Source: Felis catus
Lineage: Eukaryota
DNA: 64,000 nt
Direction of reading: 5' to 3'
NCBI RefSeq assembly: GCF_018350175.1
Contig: NC_058368.1
Span: 71,736,001 to 71,800,000 of the forward strand
The notes under the pieces were generated by a model. It did no database searches. It saw only the letters and a list, made by a program, of their open reading frames with translations, and had not been told where the DNA came from. Each line of letters starts with the position of its first letter. Position 1 is the first letter of the stretch. Shown in pieces: positions 36,109-49,735 of this stretch. The translations under genes and the position numbers were made by a program.

Positions 36109-38019
36109 ACGATGGCTCTGATCCAGCTGAAGTCAGATGATGTGAAAGGTCACTTAGAACTCAAATGGGAACTCATTTATCTATCCATTCATTTATCCAC
36201 TTACCTACCTACCTACCTACCTACCTAATCTATCTATATGGGTGAAACTGGGCTCCACACAAGCCTTAAATATTTGTGGCCTTCCTAAATATGTTCTGGC
36301 AGAATGTCATGCTGGAAAAACTGGGTGAACATGTGGTTGAACTAAAGGTGATACAACCTTAAGTTCCAGGTGTAGAACATGACTGTGTCTGAAGCCAAGA
36401 AGCCATTACTACTAACTGGGCATCCATCAGGTATCGTGGTGGACCCAGAGAAATGGCTCTGGACTTGATCTTCTAAACTCAGGTTTTCCTCTGCCTGGGC
36501 TGAGGGAGTGGGTAAATGAACTTCGAATTCTTGGCACCGAGATGGTAGGTATAAGGAAGATTTCTGGAAGGAGATAATGAAATCTCCGATAAATAGAGCA
36601 GGTAAGGACTCAAGGAAGAAATTAGAAAAAATAAAAGCAATAATGACCTTGGTTCTCTCCCAGGTTGATAAGATGGCTCAACTAGTTACAAGACATTCAG
36701 TAACATATTGCCTGATTTTCTTCTTGCTGAAAGTTACCCCCCAAGTAAGTCAATCTTTCTTTTTTCTCTCCTTGATATGAAAACTCTGGGTTTCTGCCTG
36801 GAATTGTGTTATTTTATTTCTGGAAAAACATTCAAAAGAATTGGGTAGAATGATTTCATTCAAAACAGATGATGGCATTCTGTTTGTTTGCTTATGGCAT
36901 TTGCCAAAGTGTACTTTGTGTTACTCTTTATGATACTTGTTTTATCAAATGCTGTCATCTTTCCCAAGTAGTTGATATGCAAAAAGCCTAGGTATAATCT
37001 TGAGCTGCTGCAAATGCTGTTATTATTGTTTTATAGCTCTTTTTAAAGTTAGCTTTATATTTTAAAATGTTACTTACTGTAAAATATTTAAGTAAAGAAG
37101 AAAAATAGAGAATATACTAGAAATTCTATCTCAAATGAGGACTATGGTAGTGCATATAGACACATTTAAGTATATGTATACAGCTTTATATAAAGATGTA
37201 TATGACATATATATGATGTTCTGCAACCAACATTATTACATGATAAATTGTCATGGACACCTTTCCATCTTCATAAATGTAGATCTAGAAGTTACTTATA
37301 GTGATTGGAGGTTATCACATTGTCTATACCATAATTTACTTACTTAGTTGCCTACTGAAGGACATTTAGGTTGCTTCCAATTTTCCATCATTATAAACAA
37401 CGCTGAACATCTTTGTGCTTACATTTTTGACATTTTTTTGTAATTATCATCTTAAGGTAAACTCCTAGAAGTGGGATTGCTAATAATAATATGCAAAAAT
37501 TTACAAAAACTTTGAAAAGATTACACAAATAAAATATTTAAAAATTTTAAATTCATGTTTTCTGTACCACCTCAGTGTCCAGTTCTACTCTGTAAGATCC
37601 CCTATTTTAAATATTGCTAGTTTTATTATTATTCATAATGGCTATTTCTGTAACTTAATACTGATATATCTATACATATTTATTTATCAATGTTAGAGAA
37701 CATATTGACTTCCATTGAATTATCAAGGACATGTGTTCTCATGGTCCTTTTCTGCTTGTTTTTCTACATCGACCCTTGCTGTGTCTATATTATCTCCCAT
37801 TAATCTAGAGGTAAAAGTCAATATTTGGATTTTCAAAAAACCCAAAATCCATGTATACAAAGCTTTTTATAAACAATATACATTTCCCCAAGAGATTAGA
37901 GATGTTTATATTGAAGCAAAGCAAATCATTTTATTTATTTGTTTTATTTATTTTTTATTTTTGCAAAGCAAATCATTTTAATGAGCACAGAAGACATTCC
38001 CATTTTTAAAAAGCCCCAT

Positions 38020-38390
38020 TAGCTGTCTGTAGCTAATTAAAGATGGCAACCAATTCTTGGTCATTCTTCCCAATAGAAGATGGAGTTTATTTCCCCTCTC
38101 TTTGAATCAGGGCTGTCCTGGTGACCACTTAACCAATAGAATGCAGTAGAAATTAACCAGTGTTAGTTTATTTAAGGACTTGTGGCTTCTGCTTCCTCTC
38201 CTAGAATGTGTGTCCTTGTGATGTCCTCTTGAAGCCTGGCCACCATGACGTGAGATGCTCTGCACAACACATGCCTACCCAAGCTCCCAGCCAACTACCA
38301 GCATCCACTGCCAGCCATGTGGGTGAGCCATCTTGGACATTCCAGTCTAGTGGAGTCTCCAGATGTTTGCAGCTCCAGTTGCCTGTGATA
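38020..38390 (+). mobile_element. Old MaLR (MLT1) LTR fragment
   Basis: gatggagtttatttcccctctctttgaatcagggctg...ccaatagaatgcagtagaa...cagccatgtgggtgagccatcttgga. Confidence 0.65.
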
Positions 38391-39757
38391 ATGTGGAAAT
38401 GGACAGTGTATCCTAATGAACTTACAGACTTGGCTAAGAAGATTTCACCTGAGCTCCCAGATGTCTTCAGACCCAGCTCACATAGTGTGGGGCAAATGAA
38501 ACATGCAGGTGAGTCCAGATTTAGGGTAGACTGCTAGAGAGAAATGCATACCTGAGGCAGCTGCCCAACTACTGGCTCTATCCTTCATTTCACCCCAGCA
38601 TCACCCTCCTATGTTGGCTCCTCCCCATCTCTTGTCCTGTGTGCCCTACTGTCACTTCTTTTCCTTTCGAGAGGCAAACAAGCCAAATTCTTCCTCTGGT
38701 GTCACTGAATATATCTTTCCCCACCCTGGATACTTTAGAACCTGCTGAGCCAGGTTCTCAGTGGGCAGGATCTTACAGAGACATTCTTCCATGTAAAGTC
38801 AGTTCTCTCTCAATAGAGAATTGTGGCAAATGAAACCTTCTCCAGGATGAACAAGGGATAAGTTAGACACACTGCTTCCCCGACATTCATAGCCAAACTT
38901 CTCTTCCTTCCCTTTTTTGTCGCCTCCCCTTCTCCTTCCATCTCTTCCTCTTCTCCTTTGTCCCATCTCCTTGTTCTTGCCCTCATTCCTCTGCACACTG
39001 TGAAGCAACCCAGTTGCTTTTTCAGACTGATCACTGTTCCAATTCCAAAAAACAAATGACCTCACGGCAGAGCTGCATACCCAGAGTCCACGAATGAGTG
39101 TTAGAGGACAATGGAAATGAATTAATTGGTTATTCAATACATTTGTTAAGCACCTGTTTTCTGGAAGGCAGTGAGCTAGCCAATGGGGAAGAAATCAAAG
39201 ATATATGATATTCACACTTTGCTTCTTCTCCCATTTTTGTTCTCAGTACCTTATGTACATGGCAGTGACTCTCATTCTAGCCTATTAGTTTAAACATATT
39301 TACTGAGTTCTCCCAAAGTCTCAGGAACTATAGAAGTATGTACCTTTAGGGAAGTTCCTTTGGCTCTGTACACACTTTCCTTGTACCAATTTCCTATGGC
39401 TGTTGTAACAAAGTACCACAAACCCAATGGCTTAAAACAATAGAAATTTATTTTCGCACAGTTACGGAGACCAAAAAGTCTGAAATCAAAGTGTTGGTGC
39501 ATCATTTTCCTTCTGAAGACTCTAGGGGAGGAGCCTTCCTTTCCTTGTCTCTTCCAGCTTCCAGCGGCTCCAGGAGCTCCTTGCCTTGTGAGAGCATCGC
39601 TCCAGTCTCTGCCTCTGTCCTCACATGGCCATCTTCCCTCTGTGTCCATCTGCATCCAAATGTTCCTCTTCTTATAAAGACACCAGTCATGTTGGATTAA
39701 GGCCCACTCTGTTCTAATATGGCATCATCTTTTTTTAAAAAAATGTTTCTTTATTCA

Positions 39758-40150
39758 ACTACTCGGCAATGAAAAAGAATGAAATCTTGCTATTTGCAAC
39801 ATGGATGGAACTGGAAGGTATTATGCTAAGTGAAATAAGTCAGTCAGAGAAAGATATCATATGATTTCACTCATGTGGAATTTGAGAAACTCAACAGATG
39901 CACATAAGGGAAAGGAAGGAAAAATAAGATAAAAACAGAGAGGGAGGCAAATCATAAGAGACTCTTAAGTACAGAGAACAAACAGGGTTGCTGAGTGAGG
40001 GTGGGGGTGGGGGGGATGAGTTAAATGGATGACAGGCATTAAGGAGGGCACTTTTCAGGATGAGCACTGAGTGTCATATGTAAGAGATGAATCACTGGGT
40101 TCTACTCCTGAAGCTAAGACTACACTGTATGTTAACTAACTTGAAAAAAA
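39758..40150 (+). mobile_element. Carnivore L1 3' fragment inserted in a SINE tail
   Basis: aatgaaatcttgctatttgcaacatggatggaactggaaggtattatgctaagtgaaataagtcag plus 3'UTR, similar to 35690-36080. Confidence 0.88.
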
Positions 40151-40358
40151 CTGTTTATTCATTATGAGAGAAAGAGAGAGTGAGAGAGAGAGAGAGCAGG
40201 GGAGGAGCAGAGAGAGGAGAGAGAGAGAGAATCCCAAACAGGCATCATGCTGTCAGTGCAGAGGCCAACACAGGGCTTGAACTCATGAACTGTGAGATCA
40301 TGACCTGAGCCAAAATCAAGAGTCAAACATTCAGTCATCTGAACCAATCAGGCGCCCC
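40151..40358 (-). mobile_element. CanSINE (remainder of its tail at 39732-39757)
   Basis: Reverse head at 40358; TSD taatatggc(a/c)tcatctt at 39715-39731 and 40359-40375. Confidence 0.9.
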
Positions 40359-41487
40359 TAATATGGCCTCATCTTAACTTGATTAATTCTGCAAAAACCT
40401 TATCTCCATAAAGGTCATATTCACAACTATGGGAGTATAACTTCAACCTGCTTTTTGGCGGGGGAACAATGCAACCCTTAACACTCTTCTGTCTTTCTTT
40501 TTCTGATTAAGCTTCTCCTCCTACTCTCCATTCTTTAACTTTACTCTCTTTTCTCCACACATCTGTACCCTCCATTCTTACGTGCCTCCACCCCAGACCC
40601 GCCTCCCTTTCATTTCCAGCTGTAGACCGAACCCTATGTCTCTCACAGTAGTGATGCTGCCTCTCATGGAGGTGGATCGCAGTAGCCCACAGGTGAAAAA
40701 AGGAGGGGAATATTTTTAGAGTGACAGAAGTCTCAGCAATTGCTTCCTCTCTCCCACTCTCTCAGTGTCCTGCCATCTTGAATATACCACCCACCGGTAA
40801 ACACTCTGGAAGGAAAGAGCTGAGAAAAAAGAAGGGCGATAAGGATGAAGAAATTCTCTAGATAATTATAGCAGGCAATTAATCTAATTAAGTGAATATT
40901 ATTCAACCACTTTCATAATACCTGCCAGAATGTTGTCAGATTTTGATAAAATGCAGCAGATTTTTAAATAAGTAGGAAAGGATTACAGCTCTTAACTTTG
41001 GCAATGAAACTTTTAATAAATCCATCAACTCCATTTCACCTGTTTTATATTTCCTCCTGTGGGTCCTGCCTTTATTAACAAGTGGGGTTTGCAATCGGCC
41101 AGCATGTCATTGGCGCCTAATACTTGAGTGATTTCAATCAGATCAGCCACAGAGCTGGCTCATGTAAATGCTGATGAATACACTTTATCAAGCTGAGCCA
41201 GCTTCTGGTATCGGGAAGTCAGTGCCTCTTGTGTCTGCTCTCTCCCCTCAATCACACGAGAGTGAAGGCTTGTGGTCAGATCTTAGTGGACACAAGCGTA
41301 TTATCTCAATTGTTGATGGTCTGTTCTCCAATGTCTCTTTCCCACATAAAGGGACACTAGGGCCTTCACTGCCCTGATTTCTGGCATCCCAGGTGGGAAA
41401 ATGAAGAGAGGCATATTGTGGTGACACATTTCAAACCAACTCCTACAGGCTGTGAGCCAGCTCTGAGACAGGTAAGAAGGGCTGGCT

Positions 41488-41922
41488 TATTAGTTTGCTA
41501 GGGCTGTCATGACAAAATACCACAGACTGTGTGGCTTGGACAACAGATACGTATTTTCTTATAATTCAGGAGGCTAGAAGTCTGAGATTGATGTGTCAGT
41601 TAATTTGGCTTCTTCTGAGACCTCTCCCATTGGCTTGCAGATGGCCACTTTCTCACTGCGTCCTCCTGTGATTTTTTCTCTGTGTTCACCCCTGGTGTCT
41701 CTTTTTGTGTCCAAATTTCTTTGTCTTATAAGAACACCAGTATGATGGGATTAGAGCCCATCCTAATGGCCTCATTTCCACTTAATCACCTCTTTGGAGA
41801 CCCTATTTAAAGAACCAAATACAGTCACATTCTGAGGTACAGGGGATGGGGTGGGAGCGGAGCAGAGGGGATGTCAGGGCTTGAACATATGAATTTGGAA
41901 GGGACACAATTCAGTCCATAGC
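41488..41922 (-). mobile_element. MaLR (MLT1A/MST-like) LTR
   Basis: tattagtttgctagggctgtcatgacaaaataccacagactg...ggcttgcagatggcc...gggacacaattcagtccatagc. Confidence 0.82.
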
Positions 41923-42193
41923 TGAATTGCCAACACTGGTTGGTCTTAGCAGCAGCATATGATTCTTAATGTGGCGTTACTTCCCTCTTCCTGTCTTTAC
42001 TCTCCCCGTCCAGAGTCTTATAGGTATGAATCTCTCAGGGGTGGCACCTAGGAAGACCTGCCCAGGTCATTCTAAGGAACACTGAACTGTGGGGCCTCTG
42101 TGTCACTGTCAGTTGCTGATAACTGCCTTTCCAATACTAACAACTATTCTCTAATTTTTTTATATGCTGACAGGCTGTTCAACTAAAAGTCTC

Positions 42194-42224
<31 letters not shown>

Positions 42225-42229
42225 GAGAG
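42194..42229. repeat. (GA)n microsatellite
   Basis: Direct reading. Confidence 0.95.
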
Positions 42230-43257
42230 GGCAAGCTGCTGTGGGTAAACTGTGCATAGCCCACACTATTTTATTGATGTTGTGATCAGTAGGGATGGAC
42301 CGTTACTGAAGCATTTAATGAAGAGTTGTGTTGATTATAAATTATCATAGTCCAATGCAGGGAGTGCCACAAATGGCGTGTTGGGCCTGAGAATTTTATG
42401 CCTCATGCAATTCTTCATAAAAAAAATCAAAGAGCATAATTGCTCTAGACATCCTTTCTAAAACCAGTGAGATTTTATATATTTATGTATGTAGATTCAA
42501 CATTATACATGCATGTACATATGTATGGATCGGTATATCCTGGTGTGTATGTTATGTGCACACACATATGTAAATACATATGCACATATGTGTATATGTG
42601 TGTGTATATGTATGTGTGTTTACTCATCTCATATATAATAAAGTATCAAGCACCCTACCTACAGACTTCTGAGGATTTCCTTGGAGTCTCTGGTCCTGCA
42701 CTCATCCTTAGATCCATATTCCAGTATTATTATCTCCATTTAAAGTTCTTTGCCCAAACTCAACACAGGGAATAGCTCACCTGCCAATTTTTTCATAAAG
42801 GTTGACTTTCTACTATGTTTCCTGGCCTTCTCTCTTACTCTGTCTCTCTCCCTTAAATCACTTCCCATGCTTCTTTCCTGTGTTCTAACTCCTACTCCAA
42901 ACCCTTTCCTCCAACTCCATGCACAAAAAAACAAAACAAAACAAACTTATGTTACTGAGTTAGATACAGCAATTTAGCTCTCTATCCTGATCCCAGACTG
43001 GCTTCTGGGCCTTCCTTTGAATTAAGAAAAATCATTCCACATGTATTTATTGAACACTTACAAGGAGGCGCTATTTTAGGTGCCTGAGGGGCTCTTGAAG
43101 GTGTTCTTCTAAGTAAGGAGAACATCCACCTTCAGAAAAATAATGGGTTGAAACAGAATTTTTTTTTTGAGATTCCTTTATGTTTGGATGAGGTAAAATT
43201 CTCTGTTTATTAGGAGTATTTCTTAAAGGTCTTGTTGTACTTTAAAACAATTATTGT

Positions 43258-43463
43258 GAGGCACCTGGGTGGCTCAGTCAGTTAAGCATCCGATTTCGGC
43301 TCAGGTCATGATCTCACGGTTCATGGGTTCAAGCCCCACATGGGGCTCTCTGCTGTCAGCACAGAGCCCGCTCAGGATCCTGTCTCCCTCTCTCTCTGCC
43401 TCTCCCGTGTGCACATATGATCTCTCTCTCTCTCACAAAAATAAACACTAAAAATTTTTTTTT
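43258..43463 (+). mobile_element. CanSINE
   Basis: Head, CT tract, tail; flanking ttattgtga repeat. Confidence 0.9.
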
Positions 43464-43479
43464 AAAGTTATTGTGATCT

Positions 43480-43798
43480 TCAGAACCTTTTCATCATGCC
43501 CAACCAAAACCCTACCTATTAAACAGTAACTCCCCATCCCCTACACCCAGTCCCTGGCAGCCACCATTCTACGTTCTGTCTTTACAAATTTGCCTACTCT
43601 CCCCACCTCATGTAAGTGAAATCATATAATATTTTCTCTTCTGTGTCTGACTGACTTCAACTGAGTATGACATTTTGAGGTGTCATCCATGTAGAAGCCT
43701 GTACCAGAATTTTGGGTTTTTTTTAGGGTCAAATAATATTCCATTGTATGGCTGTATCACCTTTTGCTTATTGATTCATCTGCTCACAGACATTTGGG
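43480..43798 (-). mobile_element. Old L1 (L1MB-like) 3' fragment
   Basis: ccctggcagccaccattctac...cctcatgtaagtgaaatcatataatatt...aataatattccattgtatgg. Confidence 0.75.
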
Positions 43799-43996
<198 letters not shown>

Positions 43997-46214
43997 TGGT
44001 TAGGGAAGACTTGGTGACATTTTTGAGCTGGGCTGTGAAACTGGTCAGGATTTGGGGAAGTGGAGATGAAAAGCTCTTTCCCAGTGACATCAGTAAGACA
44101 TCAGATAAGTGTGGTAGATACTGTTACTTCTCCACTCGAATCCTCTAGTCCTTTTTACCTTTCTTCTTCCACCCCCTACACAAACTTTGGCGTGCTGAGC
44201 TTTTAAGAGCTCTGCACCTGTGACTCTTTGAGGGCTGTCCTTGGATGACTTAGACCAGTGTTGCCTCCTTGCACAGAGATCCAGAAGTGCCTGGTGTTAT
44301 ATCTCACATTCTCTGCCCCCACCCACCTGGGCCCCTAGCCAAGGACTTGCTGGTGCAGGGGTGGGAAGGCCAGTAAACTTTGCCTCTGAGGTTTACTTGA
44401 AAACTGAAACTTCCCCGCTGGATCAGGTCCATGCTCCCATAGCTATGTTACACCGCTTCTTGGCTTTTTCCCCTCCTGTCTAGCTTCCTCCATAAGTCAC
44501 CTGCACACTAATCCTCATGTCAGGGACTCTGGGGAACCCCACCTAAGATAGTGGGCATATGTACTGGGAATAGAAGTAGCTCACTTCAACTGTAGTGAAG
44601 AAAGGTAAGTGGGGGTCAGGTTACAGAGGGCTTTGAATGCTGGGCAAGTCATTAGTTCTTTATTATGGAGGGAATGGGCTGTCATCAGCAGTTTCTCAAT
44701 GCGAATTAGCCTCCATGTGAGGGGGATTAATAAAGAAGTTAGAGTGTAGGGAATCTGGATGCTGTCAGCCGGCTAGAAGGCTATTTTGATTACCCAGTTA
44801 CTGTTGGCTTAAAATGTGTGTTAAGATGTGGCAGCAGGAGTTGAAAATGGGCCACATGTAAGGGGGACTTTGGAGGCTGTGTTGGCACATTGTGGAAGTG
44901 AACACCGAGGATGAGGGAGAAGTCACCTGATGCCACGTCCTGAGTCTCCACCTGTGAGGAGATGGGGGCGCCATATACACAGGAAGAAGGATGGGTTTAG
45001 AAGGAAATGTGAACTTGGTCTCCATGTATGGTCTGCCTCATAGAAACCACCTATTTTTAACTCAGAATTAATATTTCTTCCCCTCACATGCTTCACGATT
45101 TATCTCTCAGGAGCAGACATTCCTTTCCTAGTCATCATCTTGCATAATTCTTAGATCACTGTGGCTTAATTGGTGTTTGATCATTCTTAGCCTCAGCTCT
45201 CCAACATCAAGGGAGGGTTTATGGAGGTGTGAGGGTTGGGAGGGGAGGGAAGCTCCTCATTGCAATGACAGGGAGTTTCACAGAGCTGCGTGTTGTCTCC
45301 TTTTACAGGCTCTTGGATGGCATGCATTGCATTTAGATAACACCTAATGTCAACGGAGCAGCAAGCTGGGAGAACTGAGTTGTGAACCAGTTCCATTTAA
45401 CAGTAGGGCTGAGTTTACTGCACACTTGAAAAATTAACTATGTCCTTCTTCACGATCTTCCAATATACTAATTATTCTGCAGAAGCAGAGTGGGTGAACT
45501 TGCAGGCCAAACATTCCAAACAATAAAAACACAAGATAATCAGTGTATCACTGAAATAATTTTTCTTACAGACACAACACTTAGCTTTATTGTCAGTATT
45601 ATCTAAGATTGTATTTTGCTTAAGATAATGAGCACTGTGCTAAGAACTGAGAAATACTCAAAGGCGCCTCACTTTTAATTTAAACACCAGTTAAACGTAC
45701 CATCCCAGAGCAGAGATGTCGCCATTGTTCTTAGTGCATCTGGGGTTTATTGCTTTCCAAATTTACATGTTCTTCATGTTAGATGATGGTGCTGTGCCCT
45801 ATCAGCAGCTCTCTGCGGGGATCCCGAGGAAAAATTCTGTACTTAGTAAACAAGGACCAAAACACTGAAGGATGATGCCTAAATTAGTTTAATCACTCAT
45901 GAGTTGATTTAGACCCACCAACATTTTTGAACTCTTACTATGTGCTAGGCATAGTGTTAAACACAACACTGGAGATATACTGGATATGGATAAATGAGGT
46001 ACAGCTCCTGTTGTACAAAGACTTGCAGGCTAGTCTGGGTTACTGACATTGGAAATGGACAATGTCAGTACTGTGTGATGTGGTACACAGAGGTCTTACC
46101 ATGTGGCAGAGAGGAGGGGATTCTGTTGGAGGTTCGCCCATTCTGGGTCTCCATCCCTAACAGCATGTTTCAAACAGACTGAACACTTCTTACATGTGGC
46201 ACTTTAAAAAGCGA

Positions 46215-46768
46215 GGAGACTCCTCAAAAAGTGAAAAAATAGAATTTTGATCCAGAAATTCCACTCCTAGGTAGACACCTGAGAGAAATGAAAACATGTC
46301 CACACAGAAACGTGTTGCAGGCTTCTTCACAATAGCCACAGGGTGGGAACAACTCAGATGTCCATCATTTGGTGAAAGGATAGGCAAAATGTGGTTCATC
46401 CATACAAGAGAATATTATTATTCAGCCATAAAAAATAATGAAATTCTGACACATGCTATAACATGGATGAATCTTGAAAACATTATGCTAAGAGAAAGAA
46501 GCCAGACATGAAAGGTCATGGTTGCATGGTTCCATTTCTATGAAATATCCCAAAGAGATAAATCCAGAGAAAACAGAAAACAGATTTGTGCCTGCCTTGG
46601 ATTAGGGGAGCAGGAATGGGAATAGGCATGGAGAATCCTTGTAGGTTATGAAAATGTCTTGGAACTAGATAAAGGTGAAATTGCACAACATTGTGTGTAT
46701 ACTAAATGTCACTGAATTGTACACTTCAGAATGGTGGATTTTTTTTTGTATGTGAGTTTTACCTCCAT
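46215..46768 (+). mobile_element. Old L1 (L1MB-like) 3' end
   Basis: aattccactcctagg...aatgaaaacatgtccacac...catggatgaatcttgaaaacattatgctaagagaaagaagccagaca. Confidence 0.82.
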
Positions 46769-47444
46769 TGGACACAGAGAAGAGAGAGAGGAGAGACTTA
46801 GTTATTTGTGTTCAGACCAAAGCTAAAGGGACACCAATTAGGCAGTCTGAATTCCCTAACTTGGGAAAGCCATTAGTAGGGATGAAAAGGACCTCTTCAA
46901 AGTTATCTTTGGTTCATGGTATGTTTTACATCAAAATATACTCCATCTTTGAAATACAAACAAAAGTATTCTGATTTTTACTGTTCCTTTTGCAAGGGGA
47001 GAAATGTGTAACAGGCTAACCTCTTGCTCTCCATTCTTTACCCTCCCTTCAATTCTAGAAGAATCTCCGGGTTAATGGGATTTCAGAGGAAGCTTTCCAG
47101 AGGAGAAAGTCCCTGTCTGAACTGAGCATTTGAAGGATGAATTGGAGCCATTTAGATGAAGACTTTGGAAAGAAGGAGTGGGTAGAAGGAATTGCAGTTG
47201 GGGAGAGAGCATGAACAAAATAACATAGCATGAAGAAACATGGTATGTCTGGGGGAACTACAAGCAAGTCCTGATTACTGTACAGGAAGGTGAGGCAGGG
47301 ACTTGAAGATGGGCCTGTAGAGCTGGGAAGATAAGGCTTTCTGTGCGATGCTAAGTATTCTGGAGGCAGTAGTATTCTGGAGAAGGCTCACCTGTGCACA
47401 AGCTGACTGTGTACATCTCCCAACTTGGAATGCAGAGACATCAG

Positions 47445-47612
47445 ACTGGCCAAAGCGAGGGCTCCCTGGGTGTGAAATCTGTGTCTTTGCACAAGAACTC
47501 ATGTTTGGTTTAATGCTTTCTTGTCGCTATCTTGACGTTCTGAATAATTCTTTAACAATCAACCCTACATGTTCATGTTGTGCCTGGCCCTATGAATTAC
47601 GTAGCTGGTCCT
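47445..47612 (-). mobile_element. MER53-like hAT element
   Basis: tggtttaatgctttcttgtcgctatcttgacgttctgaataattc...aattacgtagctggtcctg matches the reverse of recalled MER53. Confidence 0.6.
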
Positions 47613-49187
47613 GGGTGGGAGAGTTTACATGGCAGAAATTGGCGAGTGCTGCAAATTGGGGCTTTACCTCCAGGACAACCAGTTACCAAACATCGATCAG
47701 CACACCATTGTCTGGAGGAAAATCCCCCAAAGCTGTAGTTTCCGAGGTGTGACTAGGTAGGAAGCAGGACGTTGTGGGGGGTGGGGTGGGAGAGGAAAGA
47801 TGTCTAATGAGTTCCTGCTTTAGGAGATGACCTGAGTGTAATGTAAGTTGTGCATCTGTTGATTGTATCAAAGAAGTAGGCAGTACCTGCTCTGCCTCAG
47901 GTACTTTGTGAAGCTCTAGGAATGAACACCAAATAGAACTTAGTCTTGGGGAAAGAAGGTCAGGGAAGATTGGCCACTAATCTGAATCATGAAGTAGAAT
48001 GAAGTTATGTGCAAAAGCAAGAGAATCTGGGTCCTTTTAGAGACTGGCACTTGGTCCAGTGTGGCTGAAGTTGGGTGCTTCCGGGGAAGGGGGGATGGAG
48101 TCGAGACTGAAAAGTGGTCAGATGGCTGTTAGACCACCACCAACATGGTCACAATTTTGGCTTATTTGGCAGGTGGTGGGGAACCACCATAGGAATAAGT
48201 AGAGTAGTGATGTGCCTAAATCTTCATTGTGCAAAAATCCTCTTTGCAGTGTAGGCATTGACTGGAGTCAGGACAGCAGGCAGGATGGATTTGTAGCCAT
48301 CCAGGATGGGAGTGAGGGGTGCCTGCGTCACCAAGGTGGTGGCAGTGGGAAGAAAGAGGAAGGAGGTGTTTGAAATATTTCAGTAATAATGGCAATTTAA
48401 TGCCTGGATGTGGGTAATGAGGGAGGAATGAGAGGCTAGGATTACACTCAGGTTTCTGGCATGAATATCTGTGTGTAAAAAGAAAAAGAAAAAAAATTTA
48501 AATCATTAAAACATCTCTTCTATCCCCGAAACCACGTACCTTATTTTTCTTAGTGAGGGTTATGTTAGTCCCATACAGGCAATAAAAGCCATAAAAATGT
48601 ATACTTCGATGAAAACATGCTCCAGAAAGAACTTATACAAGGAAAACATTGGTTCAGTACAAATGCATCTTGTTTTTAAGCCAACTTGGGAAAGGTAGAT
48701 ACAGTTTAGTTTCATAACAAAACACAGTTTCATGAACACTGTTAGATCGTATTCTGCATCTCATTGGTGATGTGTCATCTTAATTTCAACTGAATCCAGG
48801 TAAGGGGAGGTACAGAAAGATGGTGAGAGGTCAGAGATGTAATTGAGGTCAAATCAGCCACAAGTGGAGTCTGGAGAGTTGTTACCACAGGGAGGGTGTC
48901 TTGCTCCAAATGGAGGACGGTACAGTTCTGTGCATTTAGAATTACGGGCTGAAGGGAAAAATAAAACCAATGACTAATAGGAAAAATGAAATATAGTCAC
49001 TTTACTTCCACAAATGTGTATGTGAAATTTATTCAATTTAATTTTTTAAAATAATTGTCTTAGACTCTGGGCATTGGAAACACAGATAAAGAAAGATTTG
49101 ATCTCTGTTCTCAAGGAGCTTATAAGCATGAACATAGCCAACTTTAACAGATGAGAGACTGAAATATAAAATAGACAATGACCAGTG

Positions 49188-49735
49188 CTATGGTAAAAAA
49201 AAAATGAACTTATAATAAAAATAGAATTCTGACCTCAAATCTGCAGCAACCAGCTCAGAAAACCAAATCCACTATCTACAGTAACCAGCTCAGGAAGCCA
49301 GACTACTATCTGTAAGTTAGACTTGTAAGAGGTCAGACCACTATTTCTGACAATCAGTTCAGGAAGCCAAACAATAACCCCTGTAATGATTGGCCGCATG
49401 TGGCCAGGATCTGACTCATATCTGACAGCTCCCTAATTTTGTCTTGTCTCTGCTTCCACCCTAGCACCTACCAGAGTAAGCCAAATATGCACCCCTGACC
49501 AATCACTCAGGATTCCCTCCTTCCAGGGAGCCTGTGTCTCCAGCTGCCCCAGGCCAACAGCCTCCAGTCAGGACACCCCTGGAGACCTCCCTTCTTCCAT
49601 TACAAAGTGCTTCCACACCACTACCTCCTTGCAGCCTCTGAAATGCAAGTAGTGGTGCCCACTCCCTTGTCACAGCAAGCTCTAAGTAAGTAGCCTTTGC
49701 CTGTTCTTACTTGGGTGGTTCATTTACTGCCACAT
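49188..49735 (+). mobile_element. ERV1-class LTR-like element (family uncertain)
   Basis: Repeated aaccagctcag(g)aa(a/g)cca subunits, ccaatca box, and an LTR-like 3' end (ctttgcctgttcttacttgggtgg). Confidence 0.55.

Larger units (their letters stand above)
39380..40483 (-). mobile_element. MaLR (MLT1C-like) LTR split by SINE+L1
   Basis: gctgttgtaacaaagtaccacaaacccaatggcttaaaacaa...cttataaagacaccagtcat; resumes at 40359 with cctcatcttaacttgattaattctgcaaaaacc...caacccttaaca. Confidence 0.85.
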
